Source of the DNA: Eledone cirrhosa
Taxonomy: Eukaryota
DNA: 64,000 nt
Direction: 5' to 3'
Assembly (NCBI GenBank): GCA_964016885.1
Contig: OZ024743.1
Location: 242,482,001-242,546,000 of the forward strand
Both the position numbers and the translations under genes were made by a program. Positions 17,645 to 33,200 of this stretch are shown one piece after another; the stretch's first letter is position 1; each line of letters begins with the position of its first letter. A model generated the notes under the pieces. The model did no database searches and was not told where the DNA came from. It was given only the letters and a program-made list of their open reading frames with translations.

Positions 17645-17690
17645 TAAACAAAACCAAACAAAACAAAAACTTAACAAACAAACACAAATA
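17645..17690. repeat. A-rich (AAAC/AAAAC)n simple repeat
   Basis: AAACAAAACCAAACAAAACAAAAAC...AACAAACAAAC. Confidence 0.75.
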
Positions 17691-17699
17691 ATAATGCCA

Positions 17700-17757
17700 T
17701 TTATTTCTTTATTTCTTTCTTTATTTCTTTATTTCTTTATTTCTTTATTTATTTATT
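17700..17757. repeat. (TTTA/TTTC)n simple repeat
   Basis: TTTATTTCTTTATTTCTTTCTTTATTTC...TTTATTTATTTATT. On the minus strand it reads (AAAT/AAAG)n. Confidence 0.92.
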
Positions 17758-17985
17758 GGAAAATATGAAAGCAGTAAAAAAATCGAAGACAGTAATAATA
17801 TTTAGAATAGAAAAGAATTGAAATTACAATTTGATAATTAATAATTTCCGCCGCCAATCCTGAAGTTTTCCGAAGACGTACAACTACTTAACAGAATGTC
17901 TGTTTACAATTAAGATAAGTAACGAAAACATTTCTTGTCAAGTCGTATATGTTGAAAGGTCTTACAATGAATTCAACCTTTAACA
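17758..17985. other. Only non-repetitive-looking island in the window (~230 bp, AT-rich), function unknown
   Basis: No tandem periodicity, balanced use of G, no long ORF. The ATG at 17967 gives only 15 codons before TAA. Confidence 0.7.
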
Positions 17986-18213
17986 AGAACCTCCACCACC
18001 AACACCAACACTAACGCTCTCTACCGATGCCACTATTACTACTACTACTACTACTACCAGCATCATATCTAACATCAATAGTACTAACACCATCACCACC
18101 ACATCTAAGGTCACTACTACCAGCTCCATCGCATCTATCGTCAATAATACCACCACTACCAACGCATCCTCTAATGTCACTACTACTACCAAAACCACCG
18201 TCACATCTAGCGT

Positions 18214-18214
<1 letters not shown>

Positions 18215-18286
<72 letters not shown>
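18215..18286. repeat. Perfect (ACT)24 microsatellite
   Basis: 72 bp of uninterrupted ACT. A shorter (ACT)6 lies at 18038-18055. Confidence 0.97.
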
Positions 18287-18293
<7 letters not shown>

Positions 18294-21200
18294 ACTCTAA
18301 AGTCACTACTACCACCACATCTAACGTCACTACTACACCAACTCGAACGTCACTACTACCATCACCACCACCTCTAACGTCCCTATTACCACCACCACCA
18401 ATTCTAACGTCACTACTACTACCAGCGCCACCACCTCTAACGTCACAACCACCACCAGCACCACCTCTAACGTCACTACCACCAGCGCCACCACCTCTAA
18501 CGTCACAGCCACCAGTACCACCTCAAACGTCACTACCACCAGCACTACTTCTAACGTCATTACTAGTACCACCACTACCTTTAATGTCTCTACTACCAAC
18601 ACCTCCAACGCTAACGTCACTAGAACCACCACCACCACTATCACATCGATCGTCAATACAACCACCATCACAGCCACCTCTAACGTCACTACTATTACCA
18701 CCATCACATCTAACGTCATTACAACCACCACCATCACATCTAACGTCATTACAACCACCACCATCACATCTAACGTCACTATTACCACCACCTGTAAAGT
18801 CACTACAACCACCTCCACCACAACTAACATCATATATACCGTCACTACTACCACCAGCATCACATCTAACGTCACTACTACCATCACCACCATCACATCT
18901 AACGTCACTCTTACCACCAACACCATCACATCTAACGTCACTACGACCAACACACCATCATATCTAACGTCACTATTACCATCACCACCACCTCCAACGT
19001 CAGGACTACCAGCACTACTACGTCTAACGTCACTGCTAACACCACCACCATCACATCTGATCACTACTACTATCACCACCATCACATCTAACGTTACTAC
19101 TACCTTCACCAACACCTCTAACCTCACTACAACCACACCCAACTCTAACGTCAATACCACCGCCTCTAACATCATTACTACTACCACTACCTCTAACGTG
19201 ACTACCACCACCACCTCTAACGTGACTACCACCACCACCTCTAACGTGACTACCACCACCACTATCACATCTAACGTCACTATTACCTACACTACCACCT
19301 CTAACGTAACTAGCACCACCACCTCTAACGTCACTACTACCACCACCACATCCTCTAACGTCATTACTACCATCTCCATCATCACTAACGTCATTAATAT
19401 TACACCACCACCATTAATGTCACTACTACCACCACCACCACCTTTAACGTCACTACTACGATAACCAACCCCTCTAGCGTCACTACCACACCGCCACCAT
19501 CACATATAACATCACTTCTACTACCATCACCATCGCCTCTAACGTCACTAGTAACACCACCAACACCACCTCTAAAGTCACTACTACCACCGAACACCAC
19601 CTTTAACGACACTACTACCATCACCTCTAACGTCACTACTACCATCATGACCACCACCAACGTCACTACTACCATCACCGCTACCTGTAACGTCACTACA
19701 ACCATCATCACCACCTCTAACGTCACTGCTAACACCACCATCACTAACTTCACTACGTCACCACCCACTCCAACGACACTACTACCACCACCACCATTAA
19801 CGCTTCTACTAAGACCTCTAATTTCATTACTAACACCACCACCACTGATGTCATCACCCACTACCACCACCATCATCTCTAACGTCACTACTACAATCAA
19901 CACATCTAACTTCACTAAAACCATCACCACCCCGTCAAACGCAATTATTACCATCACCACCACCTCCAACGTCAGAACTACCACAACCACTACCGCTAAC
20001 GTCACTAATACCAACACCACCACCTCTAATGTCTCTACCACTACCACCACCTCTTAATTCACTACAACCATCACCACCACCTCTAACGTCACTAATACCA
20101 CCACTAACTGTAACGTCACTACTACCATCACCACCCCCTCCAACATCAGAACTACCATCACCGCCACCTCTAACGTCACTACTATCACCACCACCTCTAA
20201 CGTCAATACTACCATCACCAGCATCTCTAACATCACTACTAACACCACTTCTGACGTCACTACTACCACCACCTCTAGCGTCACTACTACCACCACCTCT
20301 AACGCCATTACTACTGTCACCACCATCTCTAATGTCACTACTACCATCAACACCATTCACGCTTTTACTAACACCACCACCACTAACATCACCGCCAATT
20401 CTAATCACACTACTACCACCACAACCAACTCTAACGTTGCTACTAAAATCACCACCACATCTAACGACACTAGAACTATCACCACCCCGTCGAACGCCGT
20501 TATTACCGTCACCACCACCTCTAAGGTCACTCACTACTACGATCATCACCACCTCCAACGTCAGAACTACCACGACCACCACGTCTAACGAAACTACTAC
20601 CACCACCACCACCTCTAACGTCGCTATTAACACCAGCTCTAACGTCACTACTTACACCACCACCCCTCCCCTCACTACCACCACCACTAACGTCACTACT
20701 GCCATCACCACTACCTCTAACGTCACTACTACCATCACCACACCATCCAACATCAGAACTACTATCACCTCTAACGTCACTACTAACACCACCACCACCT
20801 CTAACGTCATTACTAACACCACCACCTCTCTCCTCACTACTACCACCACCACCAACTCTATCCTCATTACTACTACCACCACCTATAACGTCACTTCTAC
20901 CATCACCACTACCTGTAACGTAACTACTACCAACACCAACACCACATCTAACGTCACTAACATCAGAATACCCTCTAAAGTCACTACTGCCTCCACCCCC
21001 ACCCCCACGCCCCACCTCTAACGTGACTACTACCAACAACTGTAACGTCACTACTACCACCAACTCTAACGCCATTACTACCAGCATATCTAACATAACT
21101 ACTACCATCTTCACCAGCACCACCTCTAACGTCACTAATACCATAAGTACCAGCATCACATCTAACGTCACTACTAACTTCACCAACGCTCGAATATCAG

Positions 21201-24200
21201 AAATAGGATCACTGTCACCCCTAACGTCACTAATAGCACCAGCTCCTCTAACATAACGACTACTACCACCTCTAACGTCACTACTACAATCGACGCCACC
21301 TCTAACATCACTACTACAAGCATCACCACCAAATCTAACGTAACTACTACCACCACCATCTCTAACGTCACTACTACAATCACCACCTCTAATCTCACTA
21401 CAACCACCACCTCTAACCTCTGAACTACCAACACCACTACCTCTAACGTCATTACTACCACCAAAACCACCTCTAACCTCACTACTACCACCACCAATTC
21501 TAACCTCATTACTACCACCAACACCACTTCTAACGTCACTACTACCACCACCAAATCCAACATCACTACTACCACGAGCACCACCTCTAACGTCAGAAAT
21601 ACTGCGACAACCACCACTAACGTCACTACTACCACCACCACCTCTAACCTTACTACTACCATCAACACGACACTAACGTCACTAGTACCACCACCACCTC
21701 TAACGTCAATACTACCATCACACCTACCTCTAACGTCACTACTACCAACAACACCTCAAACGTCACTACTACCAACACCACCTCTAACGTCACTACTACG
21801 ATCATCACCACGTCTAATGTCGCTACTAACAGCAGCTCTAACGTCACTGCTACCACCAACAACTCTTACCTCGCTACTACCACCACCTCTAACGTTGCTA
21901 CTACCACCATCACTTCTAACCTTACTACTACCATCACACCTACATGTAACGTCACTACTACCAACAACACCTCTAACATCAGTACTACCAACAACACCTC
22001 TAACATCAGTACTACCAACACCACCTCTAAAAAACTACTACCATCATCACCACGTCTAACGTCGCTACTAACAACAGCTCTAACGTCACTTCTACCACCA
22101 CCACCTCTAACGTCACTACTACCACCACCACCTCTAACGCCATTACTAATAACACCACCTCCTCTAACGCCTTTACTACTTTTACTGCTAACGCCACTAC
22201 TACCACCGACACCCACTCTAAAGTGACTACTACCACCACCACCACCTCTAACCTCACTAGTACAACCACCAACACCTCTAACGACACTACTACCACCACC
22301 AGCTCTAACCTTGCTATTACCACCACCTCTAACGTCACTGCTACCACCACGTCTAACGTCACTACTACCATCATCAACACACCACCTCTAACATCACTAA
22401 TACCATCACCACCAACACTACATCTAACGTCACTACTACCATCACCACCCACTCCAACATCAGAACTACCATCACCACCACCTCTAACGTCACTAATATC
22501 ACTATCACCTCTACACATAATGACTACCACCACCTCTAACATCACTGCTACTATCACCAAACCATCACCTCTAACGTCACTATTACAACCACCACCATCT
22601 CTAATGTCACTACTACCATCGACGTCACCTGTAACATCACTACTACAAACACCACCACCAAATCTAACGTCACTACTACACCACTACTACCATCAACTCC
22701 CCTCAAACATCAGAACTACTATCACCACCACGTCTAACGTCAATACTACCATCACCACCACTAACGTCACAACTACCACCACCAGCACTAACGTCACTAC
22801 TACCATCACCACCACCTCTAACGTCCGAACTACCACCAACACCTATAACCTCACTACTACCACCACCATCATCTCTCACGTCACTACTACTAGCACCCAC
22901 TCTAACCTCACTACTACCGTCACCTCTAACGTCACTACTACCACCACCTCTAACGTCACTACTACCACCACCTCTAACGTCACTAATACCACCACCTCTA
23001 ACGTCAATACTACAGCCACCGCTAATGTCACTACCACAATTCACTATGACGATCACCACCAGCTCTAACGTCAGTGCTACCATCACCACCATATCTAACG
23101 TCAGAACTATCACCACCACCTCCAATGTCACTACTAACAACACCAACACCTCTAACATCACTACTACCACCACCACACCCTCCAACGTCATTACTCCCAT
23201 TACCACCACATCTGACGTCACGACTACCACCACCACCACCTCTAACCTCAGAACTACTACAACCACCTCTAACGTCAATACTACCATCACCCCAACCTCA
23301 TACGTCAGAACTACCCCCACCACCACATCTTACGTCACAACTACCACCACCACCACATATAACGTTACTACTACCACCACTCCTAACGTCACTACTACCA
23401 TCACATATAACGTCAATAGTAATACCACACAACCTCTAACGTCACTTCTACCGCCATCACCACCACCTCTAATGCCACTACTACCGTCACCACACCACCA
23501 CCTCTAACGTCACTGCTACCACCACCTCCACTTCTAACGTCACTACAAGCAACAACACCAAATCTAATGTCACTACTAGCATCACCATCTCAAACCTCAC
23601 TACTAACACCACCTGTAACGTCACTACTACCATCACCAGCACCTCTAACGTCACTACTACCAACACCTCTAACGTCAATACTACCAACACCTGTAATGTC
23701 ACTACTAGCATCACCATCTCTAACCTCACTACTAACACCACCTGTAACGTCAATACTACCATCACCACCACCTCTAACGTAACTACTACCATCACCAGCA
23801 CCTCTAACGTCACTAGTACCAGCACCTCTAACGTCACTACTACCAGCACCTCTAACATCACTACTACCAATACCTCTAACGTCACTACTACCAACACCAC
23901 CTCTAACCTCACTACTACCACCACCTCTAAAGTCACTACTACCATCACCAGCACCTCTAACGTCAGGTCTACCACAACCACAACTTCTAACGTCACTACT
24001 ACCACCAACTCTAGCGTAAGTAGTACAACCCCTACCACCTCTAATGTCACTACTACCAACACCACCACATCTAACGTCAGAACTACCATCCCTACCTCAA
24101 ACGTCACTAGTAACAACACCACCTCTAACATCACTACTACCACCACCTCTAACGTTATTACTACCATCACAACCAACTCTAACGTCAAGCTATCAGAACC

Positions 24201-27200
24201 ACCTCTAACGTCAATTCTACCATCAGCACCACCTCTAACGTCAGAACTACCAGCACCACCACATCTTACGTCGCTACTACCGCCAACACCACGTCGACCG
24301 TCACTAGTACCACCACAAACACCTCTAACGACACTACTACCAGGACCACCTCTAACGTCACTCCTACCATCACCACAACCACTAATGTCAGAACTACCAC
24401 CACCACCACATCTAACATCACTACTACCACCACTTCTAACGTCGCTACTACATTCACCACCACCACCTGCACTAATATCGTCACTACTACCATCAACCTT
24501 TAACCTCACTACTACCATCAACACCCCCTCCAACATCAGAACTACCATCACCACCACCTCTAACGACAATACTACCACACCACCACTAACGTCAAAATTA
24601 CCACCACCATTAATAACGTCACTACTACAATTGCTACCACCTCTAACGTCAGAACTACAACCACCACCTCTCACGTCACTACTACTAGCACCTCCTCTAA
24701 CCTCACTAATACAGCCGCCTCTATCGTCACTAATACCACCGCCTCTAACGTCACTACTACCACCACCTCTAACGTCACTATTACCGTCACCGCTAACGTT
24801 ATTACCACCCCACTTCCAAATTCACTACGACGGTCACCACCAGCTCTAACGTCACTATTACCAACACCACCCCCTCCAACATCAGAGCTACCATCACCGC
24901 CATATCTAACGTCAATACTACCATCATCACCACCTCTAGCGCCACTACTACCACCACCACCTCTAACGTCACTACTACCATCACCACCTCTAACGTCACT
25001 AATACCACCACCTCCTCCAACGTCACTACAACCATCACCACTACCTCTAACATCACTACTGCCACGACACCAGCACTTCGAACGTCACTACTACTAACAC
25101 CACCACCTCTAACGTCACTACTACCATCACCACCACATCTAACGTCAGAACTACCACCACCACCTCTAATGTCACTACAAACAACACCACCAGCTCTAAC
25201 ATCACTATTACCACGACCTCTAACCTCATTACTACAATCCCCACCACCTCTAACGTCAGTAGTACTATCACCACCACATCTATCGTCACTACTACCACCA
25301 ACACCACCACATCTATCGTCACTACTACCACCAGCACCTCTAACGTCACTACTACGACCGCCACATCTATCGTCACTACTACCACAAACACCACCACCTC
25401 TAGCGTCAGTACTACCAGGACCACCTCTAACGTCAATACTATCATCACCACCACATCTTAGGTCACTACTACAACCACTTCTAACGTCAATACTACCATC
25501 ACCACCAACGCCACCGCTAACGTCAATACTACCATCACCACAACCTCTAACCTCACTACTACCATCAACACTCACTCCAACAGCAGAACTACCATCACCA
25601 CCACCTCTAACGTCACTATTACCATCACCACCACCTCTAACGTCACTACTACTACTAACACTACTACCTCTAACATCACTACTGCCAACCAACCCCCCCC
25701 CCCAACATCAGAACTACTATCATCGCCATCTTTAACGTTAATATTACCAACACCACCATCTCTAATGTCACATCTACCAGCACCACCTGTAACGTCACTA
25801 CAACCATCACCACCACCTCTAACGTCACTACTACCATCACCAACACATCTAACGTCAGAACTACCACCACCACCTCTAACGTCACTACAACCATCACCAC
25901 CACATCTAACGTCAGAACGACCACCACCTCTAATGTCACTACTAACAACACCACCACCTATAACATCACTATCACCACCACCTCTAACCTCATTACTACA
26001 ATCACCACCACCTCAAACGACAGAACTACCACCACCACCACATCTTACGTCACTACTACATCCAACTCTAACCTCACTACTACCATCACCACCTGCCCCA
26101 ACATCATAACTACCATCACCACCACTTCTACGTCACTTCTACCGCCATCACCACCACCCCTAACATCACTACTACTAACACGACTACCGCTAACATCACT
26201 ATTACCAACCCCACCCCTCCAACATCAGAACTACCATCACCGCCACCTCTAACGTCAATACTACCAACACCACCATCTCTAACGTCAAATCTACCAGCAC
26301 CACCTCGAACGTCACTACAACCATCACCACCGCATCTAACGGCAGAACTACCAACACAGCCTCTAACGTCACTACTAACAACAACTCCACATTTAACATT
26401 ACTACTACCATCACCTCTAACGTCATTGCTTCCATCACCACCACCTCTAACGTCAGTACTGCCAACACCACCACCTCTAACGCCAGTACTGCCAGGACCA
26501 CCTCTAACGTCACTACTACCGCCACCACCACCTCTAACATCAGAATTACCACCACCACCACCACATCTAACGTCACTACAACGACCACTTCTAACGTCAA
26601 TACTACCATCACCACAACCTCTAACATCAGAATTACCACCACCACCACATCAAAAGCCACTACTACCACCACTTCTAACGTCACTCCTACAATCAACACC
26701 ACCACTATCACCTCTAACGTCACTACTACCATCACCACAACCTCTAACGTCACTACTACCACCACCACCTCTAACGTCACTACTAACACCACCTCTACCT
26801 CACTACTACCACCACCTCTAACGTCACTACTACTACCACCTCTAACGTCACTACTAACACCACCTTAACGTCACTACTACCATCAACACCACCACCACAA
26901 TCTCTAACGTCACCACTACTATCACCACCAACACCACATCTAACGTCACTACTAACACCACCACCACATCTAAGGTGACTACTAACACAACCTCTAACCT
27001 TACTACTACCACCACCTCTAACCTCAATACTACCATCACCAACACCACAACATCTAACGTCCCTACTACCATCACTACCCGCTCCGACATCAGAACTACC
27101 ATCATCATCACCACCTCTAACATCACTTCTACCGCCATCACCACCACCACCTCTAACTTCACTACTACCATCACCACACCACCACCTCTAATGTCATTAC

Positions 27201-30200
27201 TACCGCCACCACCACATATAACGTCACTACTACAACCACAACCACAAAATCTAACGTCATACTCCCACAACCATCTCTAACCTCACTACTACCACCACAT
27301 CTAACGTCACTATTACCATCAACACCACCTCTAACGTCACTACTACCACCACCACCACCTCTAACGTCACTACAACCACCACCACCTCTACCCTCATTGC
27401 TACCACTTCCATATCCAACGTCGCTACTACTACCACCACCACCTCTAACGTCAGACCTACTGCCGCAACCACCTCTAACGACACTACTACCACCACCAAC
27501 TCTAATCTTACTCCTACCACCACCTCTAACGTCACTGCTACCACAAACTCTAAAGTCACTACTACCACCACCACCACTACCACCACCTCTAACATCACTC
27601 CTACCATCAAAAACAACACGACTTCTAACGTCAATAATACCATCACCACCACCATCTCTAACATCACTAATACCATCACCAAAAACAACACCTCTAACGT
27701 CACTAGTACCATCACCACCCGCTCCAACATCAGAACTACCATCACCACCACCTCTAACATGATGACTACCACAACCTCTAACGCCACTAATACCATCACA
27801 ACACCACCACTAGCGTAACTAATACCATCACCACACCACCACCACCTAACGCCACTACTACCATCACCGCCAGCTCTAACATCACTACTACCAGCACCGC
27901 CACCTCTAACATCACTATTACAACCACCACCACAACCTCTAACCTCACTACTACCATCACCACCTGCCCCAACATCAGAACTACCATCACCACCACCTCT
28001 AACGTCACTTCTACCGCCATCGCCGCCACATCTAACGTCACTACTACCAACACCAATATCTCTAACGTCACTATTACCAACACCACCCCCTCCAACATCA
28101 GAGCTACGATCACCGCCACCTCTAACGTCACTATTACCATCACCGCCACATCTAACGTCACTACTACCATCGCCACCCCCTCCAACATCAAAGCTATCAT
28201 CAGCTCTAACGTCACTATTACCATCACCACCACATCTAACGTCAGAACTACCACCACCACATCTAACGTCACTACTACCATCACCAGCACCTCTTACGTC
28301 AGAACTACCACCACCACCTCTAACGTCACTACTACCAACACCACCCCCTCCAACATCAGAGCTACCATCACCGCCAACTCTAACGTCACTATTACCATCA
28401 CCACCACATCTAACGTCAGAACTACCACCACCTCTAACGTCACTACTACCATCACCACCACCTCTAAAGTCACTACTACCATCACCACCACCTCTAACGT
28501 CACTACTACCAGCACCCCACATCTAACGTCAGAACTACCACCACCACCTCTAATGTCACTACTAACAACACCACCACCTCTAACGTCAATATTACCACCA
28601 CCTCGAACCTCATTACTACCACCACCACATCTATCGTCACTACTACCACCACCACCACTAATGTCACTACTACCACCACCACATCTATCGTCACTACTAC
28701 CACCAACACCACCCCCTCTAACGTCACTACTACCAGGACCACCTCTAACGTCAATACTATCATCACCACCACCTCAAACGACAGAACCACCACCACCACC
28801 ACATCTAACACCACATCTAACACCACTTCTAACGTCACTACTACCATCACCACCAACGCCACCGCTAACGTCAATACTACCATCACCACCAACGCCACCG
28901 CTAACGTCAATGTTACCATCACAACAACCTCTAACCTCACTACTACCATCACCACCCGCTCCAACATCAGAATTACCATCACCACCACCTCTAACGTCAC
29001 TTCTACTGCTATCACCACCACCTCTAACGTCACTACTACCTCTAACATCACTACTACCTACATCACCGTCCTACATCAGATCTACCATCACCGCCACCTC
29101 TAACGTCAATACTACCAGCACCACCATCTCTAACGTCACATCTACCACCACCACCTTTAACGTCAATACTACCATCACCACCCCCTCTAACGTCACTACT
29201 AGCAACACCACCACCTCCAACATCACTACTACCATCACCTCCAACGTCATTAATACCTTCACCACCACATATAACGCCACTACTACCACCACCTCTAACG
29301 TCACTACTACCAGGACCACCTCTAACGTCACTACCAACACCACCACCACAATCTCTAACGTTACCACTACTATCACCACCAACACCAAATCTAAGGTCTC
29401 TACTACCATCACCACGACCTCTAACGTCAAAACTACCACCACCACCTCTAACGTCACTACTACCACCACCACCACATCTAAGGTCACTACTAACACAACC
29501 TCTAACGTCACTACAAGCACCGCCACTTCTAACCTTAATACTACAACCACCTCTAACGTCACTGTTCCACCACCTCTAACGTCACTTCTACCATCACCAC
29601 ACCACCAACTCTACCGTCATTCCTACAACCACCACCACCTCTAAAGTCAATAAAACCATCGCCACCACCTCTAACATCACTTCTACCGCCATCACCACCA
29701 CCACCTCTAACTTCACTACTACCATCAACACCAACGCCACTTCTAACGTCACTACCACCTTTACCACAACCTCTAACCTCACTACTACCATCAACACCCC
29801 TCCAACATCAGAACCACCATCACCACCACCTTTAACGTCAATACTACCACCACCACCACTACTAACGCCACAACTACCACCACACCCACTAACGTAACTA
29901 ATACCATCACATCAAACGTCAGAACAACCAACACCACCACCACCTCTCACGTCACTACTACCAACACCACCACCACCTCTCACGTCACTACTACCATCAC
30001 AATCACCTCTAACGCCACTACAACCACAATCATCTCTAACTTCACTACTACCTCGACCAGCTCCAACGTCGCTACTACCACCACCACCTTTAACGTCACT
30101 ACTACATTCTACTACCTCTAACGTAAATACTACCACCACACACCAGCCACCACCCCTACCATCATCAGCAAAACCTCTAACATCACTACTGCCACCAACT

Positions 30201-33200
30201 CTAATGTCACTACTGCCACCCCCAACTGTAACGTCACTATTACCACCACCATTTCTAACGTCACTACTACCATCACCACCATCTTTAACGTCACAACTAC
30301 CAACAACACCACCTCTAACATCACTAATGGCACCACCCCCTCTAACGCCACTACAACCAAATCCACTACTACCATTATCACTACCTCCAACGTCAGAACT
30401 ACCACAGCTACTACCTCTAACATCATTTCTATCCCCACCACCACCTCTAACATCTCTACTACTACCACCAACTCTAACGTCATTAATACCATTAACAATA
30501 CCTCTAAAGGTAAAATACCACCACCACCTCTAACGTCACTACTACCATCACCACCCTTAACGTCACTACTACCACCGCCTCTCACGACACTACTACCATC
30601 ACCACCCTTAACGTCACTACTACCACCACCTCTCACGACACTACTACCATCACCAACCTCTCCAAACATCAGAATTACCATCACCACCATCTCTAAAGTC
30701 AATACTACCGTCACCACCAACACCACCTCTTACGTCACTAGTAGCATCACAGCCACCACCACCACCTCTAACGTCAGAACTACCAGGATCACCTCTAACG
30801 TCACTACTACCAACACCACCATCTCTAACATCACTACTACCACCGCCCCTAACTTCTTTACTATCACCACCACCTCTAAAGTCTTTACTACCACCAACAC
30901 CACATAAAACATCACTACTACAATCACCACTACTACCAGGATCACCTCTAACGTCACTACTACCATCACCACTACCTCTAACGTTAGAACTACCACCGTC
31001 GAACGTCACAACTACCACCACCTCTAACGTCACTACGCCAACGACCATCTCTAATGTCACTAATACCATCACCACCTACACCACATCTAACGTCACTACT
31101 ACCATCACCACTACCTCTAACGTCACTACTACCACCACCAGCTCTAACGTCACTACCACCATCACCTCTAACGTCACTACTACAACCACCACCTCTAATG
31201 CCATTACGACTACCACCACCTCTAAAGTCACAACTACCATCACCACCCCTAACGTCACTACTACCATCACCAACACCACCACCACCTCTGACACCACTAC
31301 TACCACCACCTCTAACGTCACTAATACCATCACCACAAACTCTAACGTCATTACTACCATCACCACCACCTCTAACGTCACTAGTACCACCAGCACCACC
31401 TCTAACGTCACTACTAACACCAGCTACAAATACCAACTCTAACCTCGAACGTTCCTACTACCACCACCTCTACCATCACCATCAACACCACCTCTAATGT
31501 CACTACTACCATCACCACTACCTCTAACGCCACTACTACCATCACTATCACAATCTCTAACGTTACTAATACCTCCACCACCATCACCTCTAGCGTCATT
31601 ACTACCACCACCAACTCCAACGTCACTACTACCTTCAACACCAACTCTAAAGTCACTACTACCATCACCACCTCTAACGTCACTACTACCAACACAACTA
31701 CCTCTAACGTCACTACTACCACCACCACATCTAACTTCACTACTCCCACCACCACCTCCAACGTCGCTACTAACAACACCTCCTCTGACGTCACTACCAC
31801 TTACACAACCTTTAGCGTCACTATTACCATCACAACCTCCAAAGTCACTACTACCATCACCTCCACATCTAACGTCATAACTACCTCCACCACATCTAAC
31901 GTCACTACTACCAACACAACTACCTCTAACGTCACTACTACTACCACCACATCTAACTTCACTACTACCATCACCACCTCCAACGTCGCTACTAACAACA
32001 CCACCTCTGACGTCACTACCACTTACACAACCTCTAATGTCACTATTACCATCACCACCTCCAAAGTCACTACTACCATCACCTCCACATATAACGTCAT
32101 AACTACCTCCACCACCTCTAACGTCACTATTACCATAACCACCACCTTATACATCACTACCACACCACCAGCACTAACGTCACTACTACCAGAAACTGTA
32201 CTACCATTATCAACACCTCCAACGTCAGAACTGCCACAAACATTACCTCTAACATCACTACTACTATCAACACCACCTATAACGTCACTATTACCATCAC
32301 CACCAATACCACGTCTAGCGTCTCTACTACAATCACCACTACCGCCAATGTCACTACTACCATCACCGCCACCTCTAACGTCACTATTACCATCACCAAT
32401 ACACCTCTAACGTCACTACCACCACCACCTCTAATGTCACTACTAACACAAGTTCAAACGTCACTGCTAACAAAATCACCTCTAACCTCACGACTACCAC
32501 CACCTCTAACGTCACTACTACCATCAACACCACCTCTAATGTCACTACTACCACTACTTCTAACGTCACTACTACCATCACCACCAACACCACGTCTAAC
32601 GTCACTACTTACATCACAACTACCTCTAACGTCACCTCTACTATCACCACCCTCTCCAGCATCAGAATTACCATCCACCTAACGTCACTACTCCCACCAC
32701 CATCTCTAACGTCACTACTACCATCACCATCATCTCTAACGTCGCTACTACCACAACCATCTCTAACGTCACTACTACAACCACCACCTCTAACGTCACT
32801 ACTACCACCACCTCTCACGTCACTACTACCACAACCATCTCTAACGTCACTACTACAACCACCACCTCTAACGACAATACTACCACAACCAGCTCTAACT
32901 TCAATAATAACTCCACCACCTCCAACGTCGCTACTGCCACCACCACCTTTAACGTCACTACTACATTCTACTACCTCTAACTTAAATACTACCACTACAT
33001 CACAACCACCACCACACCACAACCACCACCCCTACCATCATCAGCACAATCTCTAACTTCCACCAACTCTAACGTCACTACTACCACCACCAACTCTAAC
33101 GTCACTACTACCACCGCTATGTCTAACGTCACTACTACCATCACTACCCTCTCTAACGTCACTACTACATTAACCACCACCTCTAACGTCACTACTACCA

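Noticed and set aside
16880-17691. His/Thr-rich and Cys/Val-rich ORFs up to 249 aa
   Set aside because: These are typical open frames of (CA)n/(TG)n DNA.
17951-17981. Short inverted repeats GTTGAA/TTCAAC and AAAGGT/ACCTTT just before the triplet array (possible TIR or hairpin)
   Set aside because: They are only 6 bp each and plausible by chance in AT-rich DNA. No target-site duplication or partner end is seen.
21187-21220. Atypical patch GCTCGAATATCAGAAATAGGATCACTGTC that might be an insertion
   Set aside because: It still aligns loosely with the TC-AAC-ATC-AGA-ACT variant unit, and there is no evidence of foreign origin.
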